This document shows positions 1-12,214 of a stretch of 64,000 bases of DNA, one piece after another (the stretch's first letter is position 1; each line of letters starts with the position of its first letter). This DNA comes from Podarcis tiliguerta (lineage: Eukaryota): NCBI GenBank assembly GCA_965153285.1, contig OZ229116.1; one strand, written 5' to 3'. The translations under genes and the position numbers were made by a program. The notes under the pieces were generated by a model, which had not been told where the DNA came from, made no database searches, and saw only the letters and a list, made by a program, of their open reading frames with translations.

Positions 1-566
1 GCATTACAGGGAGGGGTGAGGCAGTGGCGAGGTCAGTGTGGTGCAAACACACTGGCAGGAGTGCATGGTTAGCTCCATTGGTGCTTTTGCACTATGCTGA
101 CTTTGCTGCTGTATCACACACACACCTACCACCCTGTAAGCAGCAGTAACAAAGGTGGCAGTCAGTCAGGTGAGCACCGCTGCCCTCCCCTGCTGACTGC
201 TCCTGCCTCACACCATTCCCAAGTGTTTTCAGTTCTGCTTCCTGTATGTGGAGTTTGTTGACTTCTTCCTTATTTAACACAGGCACAAGCTTAATTGGCT
301 GGAGCATGCACCAAAAAAAATCTCCACAGTTATTCACACCCAAGTACATTTCCTGTGCTTATGTGTTGTATATTGGATGGGTCCGCCAATATTGAGGCTT
401 TCAGCTTAACTATGTGCAATCTACACCTTTCTTTTCTGTGTTTCCTTGCCTGCAATGGAATTGATAAAATAATTGACTCCCTGTGTCTATATGTGACCTT
501 TAAGTTAATTGCTTGTCAGCCCTGCAAGAATGCAACATTTATTTATATAGATAGTGCCTGCGATTT

Positions 567-587
567 GGGTGGGGGGTGGGGGGTGGG
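567..587 (+). other. Putative G-quadruplex motif in the intron upstream of exon 8
   Basis: GGG-T-GGGGGG-T-GGGGGG-T-GGG: four G-runs with 1-nt loops. Confidence 0.6.
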
Positions 588-894
588 CGGTTGATCTATC
601 TATCTTTGCAGTGATAGACTTGGCTTTGGGCAGCTATTCAGCATAAAAAGACCAATGGTCTTCGCCAGCAGTTGCCCCTATATCATCATTATTGCATAAC
701 TGCTCCAGCACAGCCTTGCACAAGTGTCAGGTTACTTTATAAAATGGGTTCTGTAAGTGTAATTCTCTTTAGTTCATCAAGGTCTCTGATTTCCAAGTGG
801 GTTTTTAATAAGAAAAGTCCAGATTAGATAGTTGATCTCATTGTCATTTAGAGTGAACTGTAGCTTTATAAGGTTGTCTATTTACTTTATTTAG

Positions 895-955
895 GGTCAA
901 GTTATGTTCAGAAATGGAGAGAGGATGGGGACAATCAAATTTACACAGTTCCAAG
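895..955 (+). CDS. GABBR2: GABA-B receptor subunit 2, internal coding exon (human exon 8 equivalent), 61 nt
   Basis: tttag|GGTCAA...CAAG|gtaggt. Translates [20 protein letters not shown], against human [20 protein letters not shown]. Phase 0 to 1. Confidence 0.97.
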
Positions 956-2199
956 GTAGGTGACAGATATTTATTTATCCATTTGCATTTATATTATTAC
1001 GGTTTGTAAAGCATGCGAATATGAGATGCATTTGTCCTAATAGCCACTTTGCACTGTAAAGTAGGTTGAAAGGAAATTAACTGAATATGTGGTAATAAAA
1101 CGTGGCAGAATGCCCAGAAATAATGGGTTCTCCTTTTTGTTAGTGGGGCGGGGGAATGCATTGTGTGAAACTCTCTCTACTTTGAGGCTGGCCTTCTTTG
1201 CTTACAAAAATACATGGCATCCTGCATGTGATCTGGCATACAGATTGGATAAGTGTGCTGAAAAATGTATTTTATAGAAATAACATGTGCTAACCTCTTG
1301 TCCCGCCTGAAAAGTGAGACGTATTTAGAACTTAGAAAATGAGAACAGCTGTTCAAATAAGACAATTTCTACTGGCTTACTTTCATTTAAGAAATAATAA
1401 TAAAAAAAAATTAAATATATTTCGAAACCTAATCATTGATGAGGAATTACAACAGTGCAGTGACTTGGGTTAGTTCCAGGCGTACAGCTTAACTCCTCCC
1501 TTGTAGAGAGGGTTTTCATGCTCCAAACTTGATCAGCCAGCTTCCTCATGTCTTCCCTATTAAGCTATATATTCCTTGAAACATTTCATAACATTTGGAT
1601 TACTGGGGGAAAAAACACTTTTTGTTACATTCTCACAACATGTTTAAAAGATTGTACTGAAGGGTTTTTTTATGATCAGATCATTAGGGCTGTCAGTTGA
1701 TTACATAACCTTTAGTTGCCTGAGAACACCATCCTATGCATGGTTCCTTAAAACTAATTCAAACTAATTTGCACTCTCTCTCTCTCTCATATACACACTT
1801 CCCTCTGAAAGAAAATATCAAAGGCCAAACAAAACAAAACTTAGACCCATTGCAATTGGGCTTCAATTGGGATGTGGAACTATGTGCTTGTCCTCACTTC
1901 TGCCTAGAAGCATGGGTCTGAGGGGTTTTCCCCTTTCCTGCTCCTTTCCCGCTGTTTAGCGACAGATAGGAACAAATGGCGACCTGGAGAAAACCTGAAT
2001 TGCTGTCTCCTCTGATTAAGCACCAAAGAATGGTTTTCCCCAGGGGGAAGCAGCAGGCAAGACGAAGTATGGATAACCCCTGAGAGTGTTTTGATGCAGG
2101 GAGTGTGGCTCTGCTAGTTCTCTTGGAGTTCTCGGTGGTTTTCAGTACCATCTACCATGGTTTCCTTCTTGATTTCCTGGCTGGGTTGGGCCTTGTGGA

Positions 2200-2830
2200 A
2201 ATTGTATTTCGGGGGATCTGGTCTTGTATGTTGGAGTGTGTCCAGAAAGTGGTTCTGAGTTCTGCTGTTTGACACCAGAGGCTTGGCTTATGGTAACATG
2301 GGTTAACATGCAAGAGGGTTCTGTTCTGTCCCCAGTGCTGTTTAACATCCACACAATATATACTGGGAGATGGCATTCAGAGTTTTGGAGTTAAGAGCTG
2401 CCAGTAGGCTGATGACGTTTGGCTCTATTGCTCCTTGTGCAAAGATAAAAGTTGATACCCTTGAATGCTGTCGGGTGGACTGGATGAGAGTGAATAAGAT
2501 GAGAATAAATCCAGGCATGGCAGGTTTGGTGTTGTCTTGGGAACTGAGATTCAGCATGTTCTGGAAGTGGCTGCATTGCCCCGGAAATAAATGAAATAGC
2601 TTAGGTGTGTTTCTTGATCCTGTGTTGTCCCTGGATTCTCAGGTTGTGGCAGTGGCAAGGTGTGTTTCTGCTTTTCTTTACATTTGGTGTACCAGCTGTG
2701 ACCTATCCCAAGTCAATCTTCTCCATGTTACCCACAACACACTCCACACAGGGCTACCCTTGAGGAGCAACCACAAGCTTCAGTTGGTGCAAAATGCAAC
2801 AGCTAGGCTGCTAACCAGTGCATGATATCA
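2200..2830 (+). mobile_element. Degenerate L2-clade LINE fragment (RT region)
   Basis: Frameshifted RT remnants: QxGSVLSPVLFNI-like, DWMRVNKMRINP, KLQLVQNATARLLT. Boundaries approximate. Confidence 0.8.
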
Positions 2831-4136
2831 GGGTATTGCATCGCTGATCCCTATTTCCCCCTCTCTGCTCAGTTCAGAGATCTCATATGAGGAACTGGTC
2901 TAAGAGGAGGATCAGTCAGGAAGCAAAACATCTAGTATACATATAATCTCCAGTCAGAAGCAATTGTTTTCAAATCTATTGACTGCCCCTCTTTCATGGA
3001 AATCTGCAGTTGTGCTCATGGCATCCCCGTGAATTTCTGCTGCACTTGCTGTTCCCTGGATCATGGCCAAAGGCTATGATTTAATTGAGTCCCACATCAC
3101 AGTCTGCGCTTCTCAGATATCAGAAAATGGAAATACTTGCACTCATAGATCCATGGCTTTTAGAGGTGACAAAGGTATATAATTGCATGCACGCTTCATT
3201 GTTAAGTATGTGGTTGGTTAGAGGTTACTGTATTTTACTTAGGCCTTCTGCAAATTCCTTTTTTTTAATGATGGCAATTTGAAAATCCTTCTTTGCTGGA
3301 ATGTCAATGGCTTGGCTGGGGTGGAGGGAAATTTCATACGGCAAGTGCCTGGTAGGAACAATTTTAAGTACCGTACTTGCTTCCTACCATTGTATCTCTG
3401 CTACCTATTATCTGTTTCTAGTGGGACTTTGTCACAAAGATGTGGTTGTTGCAGTTCCATTGCAATTTCACGTGTAACAAAATGTATAGTTCAGCTTTTG
3501 CTTTCTAAATGAAATCTTTTGAAAAAGCTTGCATTGTTTGAAATCTTTGGAGCTCACTTAGCTTCTTCGCTAGTATATCCACCATGTTAAAATCTGCACC
3601 AAGACGTTCATTCCTCCCTCTTTTTTACATCGCTAACAATTTCTTCCTTGAAGCTTTTTTTTAAAGCCAGTTTTCCTTCTGGGCCTACAGCCAAGTTGAT
3701 AGGGATGTATGAAAATATTGTGAATGGGCTTTGATTAGTGCTAGTTAAAACCCAAAAGATTTGGAAGAGTTTTATGTAGATTCTGCCTGGAGGAAATTGA
3801 GTACTATTTCTGTGCATGGAAAATAATTAGCTAGAAAGGATGGGTGACTGTTTCACACGTACATGAATATGCACTTGTTTTCTTTACAAGTGACTGGCAG
3901 CTCGGTATGTGAAGCCACTCCATTTAAAAACAATGTCATTGAGGTGACATGGAAGTTCGTTTTGCAGTGCTAAATCAGTGATAGCCAATGCCCCAAGACA
4001 CCGCTCGCCATTGTGAACTAGCCCTTAATTGCTCCATCTTTTTCACTAGCTCTAGGTATATGTAGTTTGCAGATCAGGAAAAAAAGCATGAGTCGTTATT
4101 CAGATGATTTGGATAAACTTGATTTTATTCCAGCTA

Positions 4137-4358
4137 CAGCGGATGCTCGGGTTGCGAACGTGATCTGGGCGGGATGCACGTTCGCAACCCACAGCGCCGC
4201 GTCTGCACATGTGCGGGTTGCGATTCAGTGCTTCTGCGCATGTGCAAAGCACGATTTAGCGCTTCTGCACATGCGCGACCCCCGAAACCCAGAAGTAACC
4301 TGTTCCGGTACTTCCGAAAAAACACAACCTGAAGCGTCTGTAACCCGAGGTATGACTG
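4137..4358. mobile_element. Tc1/mariner-pogo (Tigger-like) MITE
   Basis: ta|cagcggatgctcgggtt ... aacccgaggtatgactg|ta. TA TSD, imperfect TIRs, CpG-rich. Confidence 0.8.
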
Positions 4359-4897
4359 TAATTGAAAAATTTGTACAGACATGATATAGCTTGCTCTTGT
4401 TAGTTATTTTCTCCTTTTTACATCTCTCATTGCTTCCCTACAATAAATGCCTCCAAGGCACTCACTGGCTCAAATACTATGCTGGGTTTTGTTTTTTTCT
4501 TTAGCAAGCTGGAAAGCAGGAGAAAAATCTGTTCATTTCCCCGAGTTCTTCCATCTTTACATATTGATCACAATCCAGCACAAAGTTAGAAATGCATAAG
4601 CTCTTTGAAATAAATTGAATTAAGTGTTCATAGATTGTGGCTAATGTACTAAAGCTCACTCCAATTTATGCCTTCACAATGTAAGTACAACATACTGCCT
4701 TTACTACATTATAATAAATATCTAGGACAAAAACCAAAAGACATGTACTGCCCACTGATTTGAATAGGGCTTTTAGCATGCTTAACTTCCTCTGCACTTT
4801 CCTTCAGACTTCATGTCTTGCGAAAACTCTTTCTGTATTGTGCTACCTGCTGAAGGCATGGCTGCCATTGAACCCTCCGAGTTTCAAAGCATTCTGG

Positions 4898-5245
4898 AAG
4901 TTGTTATTTATTAAGATCATATACCTCCCTTCATCCAAGGATCACAGGGGGGTTTACAGTATAAAAACACAAATATACATAACATAATAACAAACAAAAC
5001 ACACACACACACACACACAGCTTAAGGCCACAAATTGTTTAATTAGCCAAAGGCCTGGGAGAAAAGGGATGCTTTTGTCTGGCTGGGGAGAGCATTCCAC
5101 AAATGGGGAGCCACCGGAGAAAATGCCTGTTTGTATGTTGCCACCCTTTTGGCTTCTCGTGGAGGGGGCAAACAAAGAAGGGCCTCAGAAGATGACGTCT
5201 GGGTCTGTTCATATGGCGAGAGGTGGTCCTTGAGGTATTGCAGTC
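4898..5245 (-). mobile_element. L2 LINE 3' end fragment, containing a (CA)n run
   Basis: Minus-strand translation YLKDHLSPY...QAFSPVAPHLWNALP is typical of the L2 ORF2 C-terminus, followed by a 3' tail. Confidence 0.75.
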
Positions 5246-5359
5246 TATAATGAGTTATATAGAATACACTCACAGTAGGCCCTGTGGCAAACTGGGCCTC
5301 CTAGGTTTATTTTTTAAGATGTGGGAAATCATACCATGCACCCAACATTTCCCTACAGT

Positions 5360-6332
5360 CAGGGCCGTCTTAAGCAAAATTGTTGACCTTTTTTTAGGGC
5401 GGGCATGGCAGAGCTGGCCTGGCCAGCGGCCTCAGCAGCAACAGAGGAGCCCGAGGCAGTGGCAGCAAGCAGAGCCCAGCACAACAACAGTCGAGCTGTG
5501 CTGGTCCCAAGGGTTAACCGTGAGGCGAGGTCTGGGTCCAGTCCAAGGTCAAGGGTGTGGTATGGAGGCTGTCCGTCAAAGCTGAAGCTGGGTCCAAGGC
5601 AGGGAGTCGGGTGAGGTCAGGAACTCTGGCAGAAGAGCAGGACAGAGTGCAGGCAGGAACAGGCTACCAACAATGTTGCTCCCGCAACCTGGGACTGGGG
5701 CTGGCTGGCTTTTATCTACCCTGAGGCATACGGCGGCCCCGGTCCACAGGTGACCCACCTCTCCTGGCCTGGAGGCAAGCACTCCTCCTGCGGGAACTTA
5801 GTTCCCTCTGCCTCTCTGCCCTGAGCCTCTGCAGCTCAGGAGAGGCTGGAGGGTTACCGGACCCAGAGGCAACCTCAGCTTCCCCTGACGGGGCTGAGAG
5901 TGGAGCACCTGCAGGCAATGGGTCCTCTACCCCCTCAGGAGCCAGAGCAGACTCAGCTGGTACCTGTACCTGAGGATCCAGCACAGGTGAGGACCCTTCA
6001 GGCTCAAGACCCAGCCCCGGCTCAGCTGGTTCTGGAGGTGGGGACTCCTGTGCAGGCTGGGATTCCTCAGGTTCAGCCTCCGAGTCCAAATCCCAGGCCA
6101 TCACACGAGCCCAAGGCTCTCAACCAGGCAGGCCTCATCAATCCCAGGTACACAGGAAGGCAGAGCCAGCCGGCTGCCTCAGTGCCTTGCTTGCCCACAG
6201 CAGAAGATCTGTGGAGCTCCGACGGGCTCTGCCAGACTCCAAATCTCAGCCCAGGACTCTTGGCCTGGCGCCCCTGAGAGCCCGGCGCCCTGGTGCCCCA
6301 CACCCCAAGCGCCTATGGGTAACACGGCCCAG
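5360..6332. mobile_element. Non-autonomous hAT element (cagggccgt-type TIR) interrupted by a solo LTR
   Basis: Perfect 8-bp TSD cctacagt at 5352-5359 and 6333-6340. Ends are cagggccgtctta and taacacggcccag. Confidence 0.85.
5497..6105 (-). mobile_element. Solo LTR (Gypsy-like or other LTR retroelement), 609 bp
   Basis: TGTG...CACA termini, perfect 5-bp TSD cgagc (5492-5496, 6106-6110), minus-strand GATAAAA box at 5710-5716. Confidence 0.85.
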
Positions 6333-6770
6333 CCTACAGTGATGCCTTTTTGTTGAGAAAAGTAAATAGTGGCTCACTGTAGAGGAGGTTTTTCCATCAT
6401 TACTTGTCTTGCACTGCAGAAGCAGTAAGCGGCAAGCCAGAAGTACAATAAGTAGCTCAAAAAACAAAGTAATTAAAAGAGAGAGAAAGAGGGATACTAA
6501 AACAAAATGTAAATACTGCCTTGAAATGTATGGGTGGTGGTTAAAAAAAAGTTAATAATTATAATAATTAATAATAATAACATATTTTTTTAAATAAACA
6601 CTATTTTTTTCAGTTTCATTGTGGGTGTACTATGGCTGCATTAGCATTTTGCTTAAATTTATTTAAGCTTTATTAGAATAATTATTAAGGAGAAGATAGT
6701 CTGTCTATAGGTATAGAAATATTAAACATAATCAGTGTTTCGATACAGTAATTAAATTTAAAAAAAGAAG

Positions 6771-6920
6771 CAGCTGGGATAGCTGAGTTGTTAGAGCACA
6801 TGACTCTTAATCTCTGGGTCACGGGTTTGAGCCCCACATTGGGTAAAAGATTCCTCCACTGCAGAGGGTTGGACTAGATGACCATTGTGGTCCCTTCCAA
6901 TTCCACAATTCTATTATTCG
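6771..6920 (+). mobile_element. tRNA-Lys(CTT)-derived SINE with CR1-type 3' tail
   Basis: Head tagctgagttgttagagca..gactcttaatct..ggtttgagccccac resembles tRNA-Lys. Tail gggttggactagatgacc..ggtcccttccaa..attctat is the CR1 3' end. Confidence 0.8.
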
Positions 6921-7675
6921 TTAGCCTTCTATAAATAAATGAATGTTATATAAATGTTTAATGCACTGTTGCTGCATTAACATTTATAATGAGTCCAATC
7001 AACTTGTTTTGATAAAAATGGTAAAAGGAAAAGGAAAAAAAAAACAAATTCTATTTACTGGCTGTTTTGCGCAAATAATAGTCCTTAGAGTAGCACTGGA
7101 TAAGCATATTCATGAAAATCGGGGTGGGTATCTCTACCTCTACAGAATGCGCCACTCTGAGAAGCTGCCACTGAAACTTTGCTAAATACACCTCCCTGAT
7201 CATACATTGCAATTTGCTCATGTGAGTAGGGGAGCAATCCTATAGCACACTCTGCTGGGATGAGCGATTGATTAGGATCCAGCAACAGATTCCTGGCTAA
7301 ACCAGCCTATGCTGGCTTAACTCCCTCATCCTCAACTCAACCAAAGATACAACAGTCCATCTCTCCCATCGCAACTCAACTGGGATCCAGGCAGCTTAGT
7401 CAAACCTGGCAGATTTTATGCTGATGCAAGCTCTGAAAAGGCGATATTCTGGGGGTGTGGCAGGACCAGAGTGGGGTCATTCACCTTGGTCGTGTGACCT
7501 GGCAACCCGCTGTAAGTTAACTCAAACACTATTTTAAAACATTGTTGACTCAAGTTACACTGGATTGCTTTATGTCAACTTCTTGAGTACTGTATAGGAT
7601 TGATTCCTGTATCACTTGCCCAGTTGAGACAACAGTTCGAATGTAACTCTTATAAGTCAAATATGCTGGGTGGGA

Positions 7676-8022
7676 GAGGACATGGGTGGCGCTGTGGGTT
7701 AAACCACAGAGCCTAGGACTTGCTGATCTGAAGGTCGGCAGTTCGAATCCCCGCAGTGGGGTGAGTTCCCGTTGCTCGGTCCCAGCTCCTGCCAACCTAG
7801 CAGTTCGAAAGCACACCAGTGCAAGTAGATAAATAGGTACCGCTTCGGCAGGAAGGTAAACCGTGTGCTGCTCTGGTTTCGCCAGAAGCGGCTTAGTCAT
7901 GCTGGCCACATGACCCGGAAGCTGTACGCCGGCTCCCTCGGCCAGTAAAGCGAGATGAGTGCCGCAATCCCAGAGTCGTCCGCAACTGGACCTAACGGTC
8001 AGGGGTCCCTTTAACTTTACCT
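7676..8022 (+). mobile_element. Sauria SINE, near full length
   Basis: tRNA-like head with B box ggcagttcgaatccc and an (ACCTTT)-type tail. 14-bp TSD tatgctgggtggga. Confidence 0.92.
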
Positions 8023-8823
8023 TATGCTGGGTGGGATCCAGTGTTTCTGGCCCCTACTCTTCCCACTTAAACTTTACAACTAGGTAGGAGCAGGTTGTTT
8101 ATTTTTATTAAATAAATAAAAAAGTATAATTCTGATTGAGAAGTCACTGCCTTGAAACACTAGGTTTTGCTAAACAGAGAAGTGACCACACACACACGAA
8201 CCCTTAACTTGCTATTTTCTGTTGTGTGCGGTGGTGGCATTTTATTTATTTATGTAGCACTGAGCATTTTAATAGCAAACTGAAAAAATTAAGACTTGTG
8301 TTGCTTCTCATTGTGTAAATATGGACTCCCTATGCAGAGCCGTGAGAGGGGAGCCTTTCCTGTCATTTTGACTGTTCAAAAGGTCAGCATAAAAAATGTT
8401 CTCATACAAAGCAGTTCTTGTCTGACTTTGCTAATGTGACATTTGAAGCAAGGTTGTGACAGTGTGATGTGACAGCAGGCTAACATTGTCTAGCATTAAC
8501 AAATAGCATGAGGTCTGGCTGTGAGAAGGAAGCCATTTGCAGACCAGTCAGTCTCATCCAAATGTCAAGGAGAAGAAAAAAGCTCATCCTAATATATGCG
8601 TACTTCAAACGAAGCCCTTTGAGCCACAACCCAATTGATATTGGATTCTCCCTTTAGTAGAAGTAAACTTAGTTTGGATTCAGATGCATGTACTTCTGTC
8701 ATGCCTTGAGTTAAAAAGCTACACACTCTTCCTTTTATTTACATGTGGTCAAGTTCTGTTTTAACATGTGCATGTCTAGCTGCAGCATTATGGGCTGATT
8801 GCATGGGAGTAATTACTGTAACA

Positions 8824-8980
8824 GGGACGCGGGTGGCGCTGTGGGTAAAAGCCTCAGTGCCTAGGGCTTGCCGATCGAAAGGTCGGCGGTTCGAATCCCC
8901 GCGGCGGGGTGCGCTCCCGTTGTTCGGTCCCAGCGCCTGCCAACCTAGCAGTTCGAAAGCACTCCCGGGTGCTTTCGAAC
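8824..8980 (+). mobile_element. Sauria SINE 5' half, ending in a fold-back
   Basis: gggacgcgggtggcgctgtggg...gcagttcgaaagcac, followed by an inverted copy gtgctttcgaac. Confidence 0.88.
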
Positions 8981-9262
8981 ATCGTTGTCAACTCTTTGGG
9001 GCATCATGGGCCATAAGAGAGATAAGGAGACTACGGTGTTGTTGTTGTTTTTGTTATATTTATTTATACCCTGCCTTTTCCCCCTGACAGGGACTCAAGG
9101 TGGCTTACATATAAAACAGGAACAGCTAAAAGCATAACAACCTGTTGAATGCATGCCATATGCTTATTTTTACATTTGTGCTCCTTATATTTCCCAAAAA
9201 CTTCAGTCTTGAGTTGCCTCTTCCTGTCAGAGACCACCTAGTGGGTGTTTTCTGTTGTGCAA

Positions 9263-9611
9263 AGGTAAAGGGGGCCCTGACCATTAGGTCCAGTCGTGAC
9301 CAACTCTGGGGTTGCGGCACTCATCTCGCTTTACTGGCCGAGGGAGCCGGCGTACAGCTTCTGGGTCATGTGGCCAGCATGACTAAGCTGCTTCTGGCGA
9401 ACCAGAGCAGTGCATGGAAACGGCATTTACCTTCCCGCTGGAGTGGTACCTATTTATCTACTTGCACTTTGATGTGCTTTTGAACTGCTAGGTGGGCAGG
9501 AGCCGGGACCAAGCAACGGGAGCTCACCCCATCGGAGGGATTCGAACCTCCGACCTTCTGATCAGCAAGTCCCAGGCTCAGTGGTTTAACCCACAGCGAC
9601 ACCCACATCCC
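9263..9611 (-). mobile_element. Sauria SINE, full length, antisense
   Basis: Reverse complement of the 7676 and 15726 copies. Degenerate TSD ttttctgttgtgcaa / ttttctgtagtgtaa. Confidence 0.92.
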
Positions 9612-11362
9612 TTTTTTTCTGTAGTGTAACGCTTCCTTATATCCCATAGATTTTCTGTAGTATGGTGGTTGCCCTCCCTCACCCTTGCCCTTATTTCGCC
9701 TCCCTCGCTCTCTCCTGGCTCAGCACTGTGCTTACTCATCCTTCAAATTCCATTCCTCTCTCTCTTTCTATATCCCTGGGGCCTCCCTCTGCTTGTTCCT
9801 ACACCTTGTGTTTTACGCAGATGCAGGGAGTGTCTTGGGAGTCTTCTAGCATCACTGCTGTCCTGTTGCATCACTTCTTGTTGGTCTGAATAAGCAGCCT
9901 CTGCATTCTTCCAACACTTAAACCTACCTTCTTCTTGAAAAGGAGAAGAAAATATAGCTTAGCTACCTAGTCTCTAAAAAAAAAAAAAAAAATCTAACTT
10001 GGGGACCAGGTGTCAACAGATAGATTTCCAGCTAACAGACCAATAAGTGGGAATGACTTCTGTGCAATCTAGTCAGTGGAAGACGTCTGATCTAAGAATT
10101 TTTCTTCTTCTTAATTTTTCTATGCTTTCAATTAAGAAATAAACTACATGTACAGTTACTGTGTCTGCATTCGCAACCGCATGAGGTCCTGGCTGTTGCT
10201 TTGTGAATTTTCAACTGCTTCCATTTGATCTCAAGTATCCATTGCATCTAATATGTTACAGCCAGAAACAGAAGAGAGAGAAAATCATTGGTGCTGGCAT
10301 AGCATTTTTACATATCATGGGGGCCAGATGGCTAGGGTTTTTCTAGCTGCGTATATCCAAATACTTGTATTGTTTCAAAAGATTAGGGTGAAGTTTTCAG
10401 GCTGTATAAATAGTTCCTGGGGATAGTAATGATTGCTGGTATCCCCGTAAACTTGGAAGTCCCTCAATATATTTCTTAGCAGGACTCTTGTGTTGGGGTT
10501 TACTCAGCAGAAACCTCCAGCTGGAACACAGCCATACTTTAAATGGCCTGTCAGACCGAATTTATTCGTAGAATTGGCTTTAGGCTCTTTGTACTAGGCA
10601 AAACTCTGGCCTTCTCTAAATGCATGTTGTTGATCTGCAGAAATCCACTTCCTGACTCCTCTAGCTATCCTACAGGAGTCAACACTATGTAGGACAGTTC
10701 TTACTTTCATTGTGTTGCATGTCAACACTGTACAAGGAGCCACATAGACTGTTATAACTGGAGAAATTTAGCAAAGAGAGAAAAGGCTCGGTACTTAACA
10801 TAAAGGGTGATAGGTGGAAGATTTCATTCTTGAAGCTACCAAGTATTAAAGCATTCAGTGTCCATTAAACTGGATCCTGATTAGAGGAGAGTCCTGCTAT
10901 CAGAATATATGCCAACAGGTAGAGTTAATACTATTCATGATCAGCAGCATATTGTGACAGTTCATTAAGACCCTTCACCCCCCCCCCCATGCTCCAAATA
11001 GTTCATAATTTAATTACAGTAGTTTTCCTTCAGTCAACATATTTACAATAGTTACAAAGATGAAGCAAGCCTTGTCTCTATCAATTTAATTTCTTCTCTT
11101 TCTTTCTCTCAGGCATCTGACTGGGGAGCAATTCATGTAGAAATAGCTAGAACTAGCCAATTCGTTAACCAGCTTTCAGGACCAGCTGACATTCATTCTT
11201 TTCTTCAAGTGTAGTGCCAGCCGGCATAGAAGTGCCCAAAAAATTCTCTTATCTAGTAAAACTTGTCATGAATATTAGCTTCATAATAGTTTGGTTCCAA
11301 GGAGATACCACAGGGGTGGGTGGACGAAGAAGATTATGTATGGCCTATGTACGTTTTGAAAG

Positions 11363-11364
<2 letters not shown>

Positions 11365-11406
<42 letters not shown>
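11365..11406. repeat. (CA)n microsatellite
   Basis: About 20 uninterrupted CA units. Confidence 0.95.
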
Positions 11407-11407
<1 letters not shown>

Positions 11408-11902
11408 AAACTACTGCAGTTGCTGCATAGTTTGAAAGGCAAAGTAGGGCTTTCTAACAATGAACAGGCAAAATAGAGGCAATTTTAAATCCCCATGGTT
11501 GGTAGTTAGGGACCCTCCCCTATCTTAAGCACATGTTGTAGTCCCTACGTGTTAATATTAAGGCTCTTCCACTGAAACCAAGTGGTCTGGATCTTGCTCA
11601 GCTATTAACTATTGAGTTAGACTTCCAGGAAATGTGATAAATAGAATGAAGTAGCTCAGGCTGAAAGAACAGATGTTTGGATGCTATGCAAATTAAATGC
11701 TCAACTATTAAAAGATATTTAGATGTCCAAAGAGATGGCCAAGTGGGGAATCTATGGCTGTATTTTTCATATATTTTTAAAAAATCTATTCCCCAGAAGC
11801 TCTACCAAATTTATTAATTGTAAGAGAGGGAAAATAGCACTCTCAAAACATGTTTGACAAAGCTCCTTTAACTGCATATATCTTTTTGGATTGTGTGTGT
11901 AA

Positions 11903-12214
11903 TGTTATTGGCATCTGTCTGTCTCAAGAGACAATGGAGCGCACCTCTGGGGGTGAAGTCAAACCTCTGTGTTAGCAGCACTAACACAGCCTTGGCAGTG
12001 TGTATGGAGGTCCTGGGCTGCCCAGATGACAAGACCTCCTCCCCTCTTGGCCTCACTGATGTGGTCCAAAGGAAAGCACAGCAATATGTTTGGCATCAAC
12101 TTGGTCGTAGGAATTGCTGGAAGGAAGCTTACAAGGCACCATCCAACCGTCTTAGGGACTCCAGTCCAGAATTGTGTAGGGTTTACTCTTTAGCCTTTTC
12201 TTCTCCCGAAGTTA
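11903..12214 (-). mobile_element. Probable non-autonomous RTE-clade-derived retroposon (5'UTR-like part joined to an RTE-like tail)
   Basis: Minus strand ends ccattgtctcttgagacagacagatgccaataac, an RTE-like 3' stem-loop. Family assignment is from recollection only. Confidence 0.5.

Noticed and set aside
6771-6845. tRNA-Lys(CTT) gene
   Set aside because: Stems are degenerate and the sequence continues into a CR1-type tail, so it is a SINE head.
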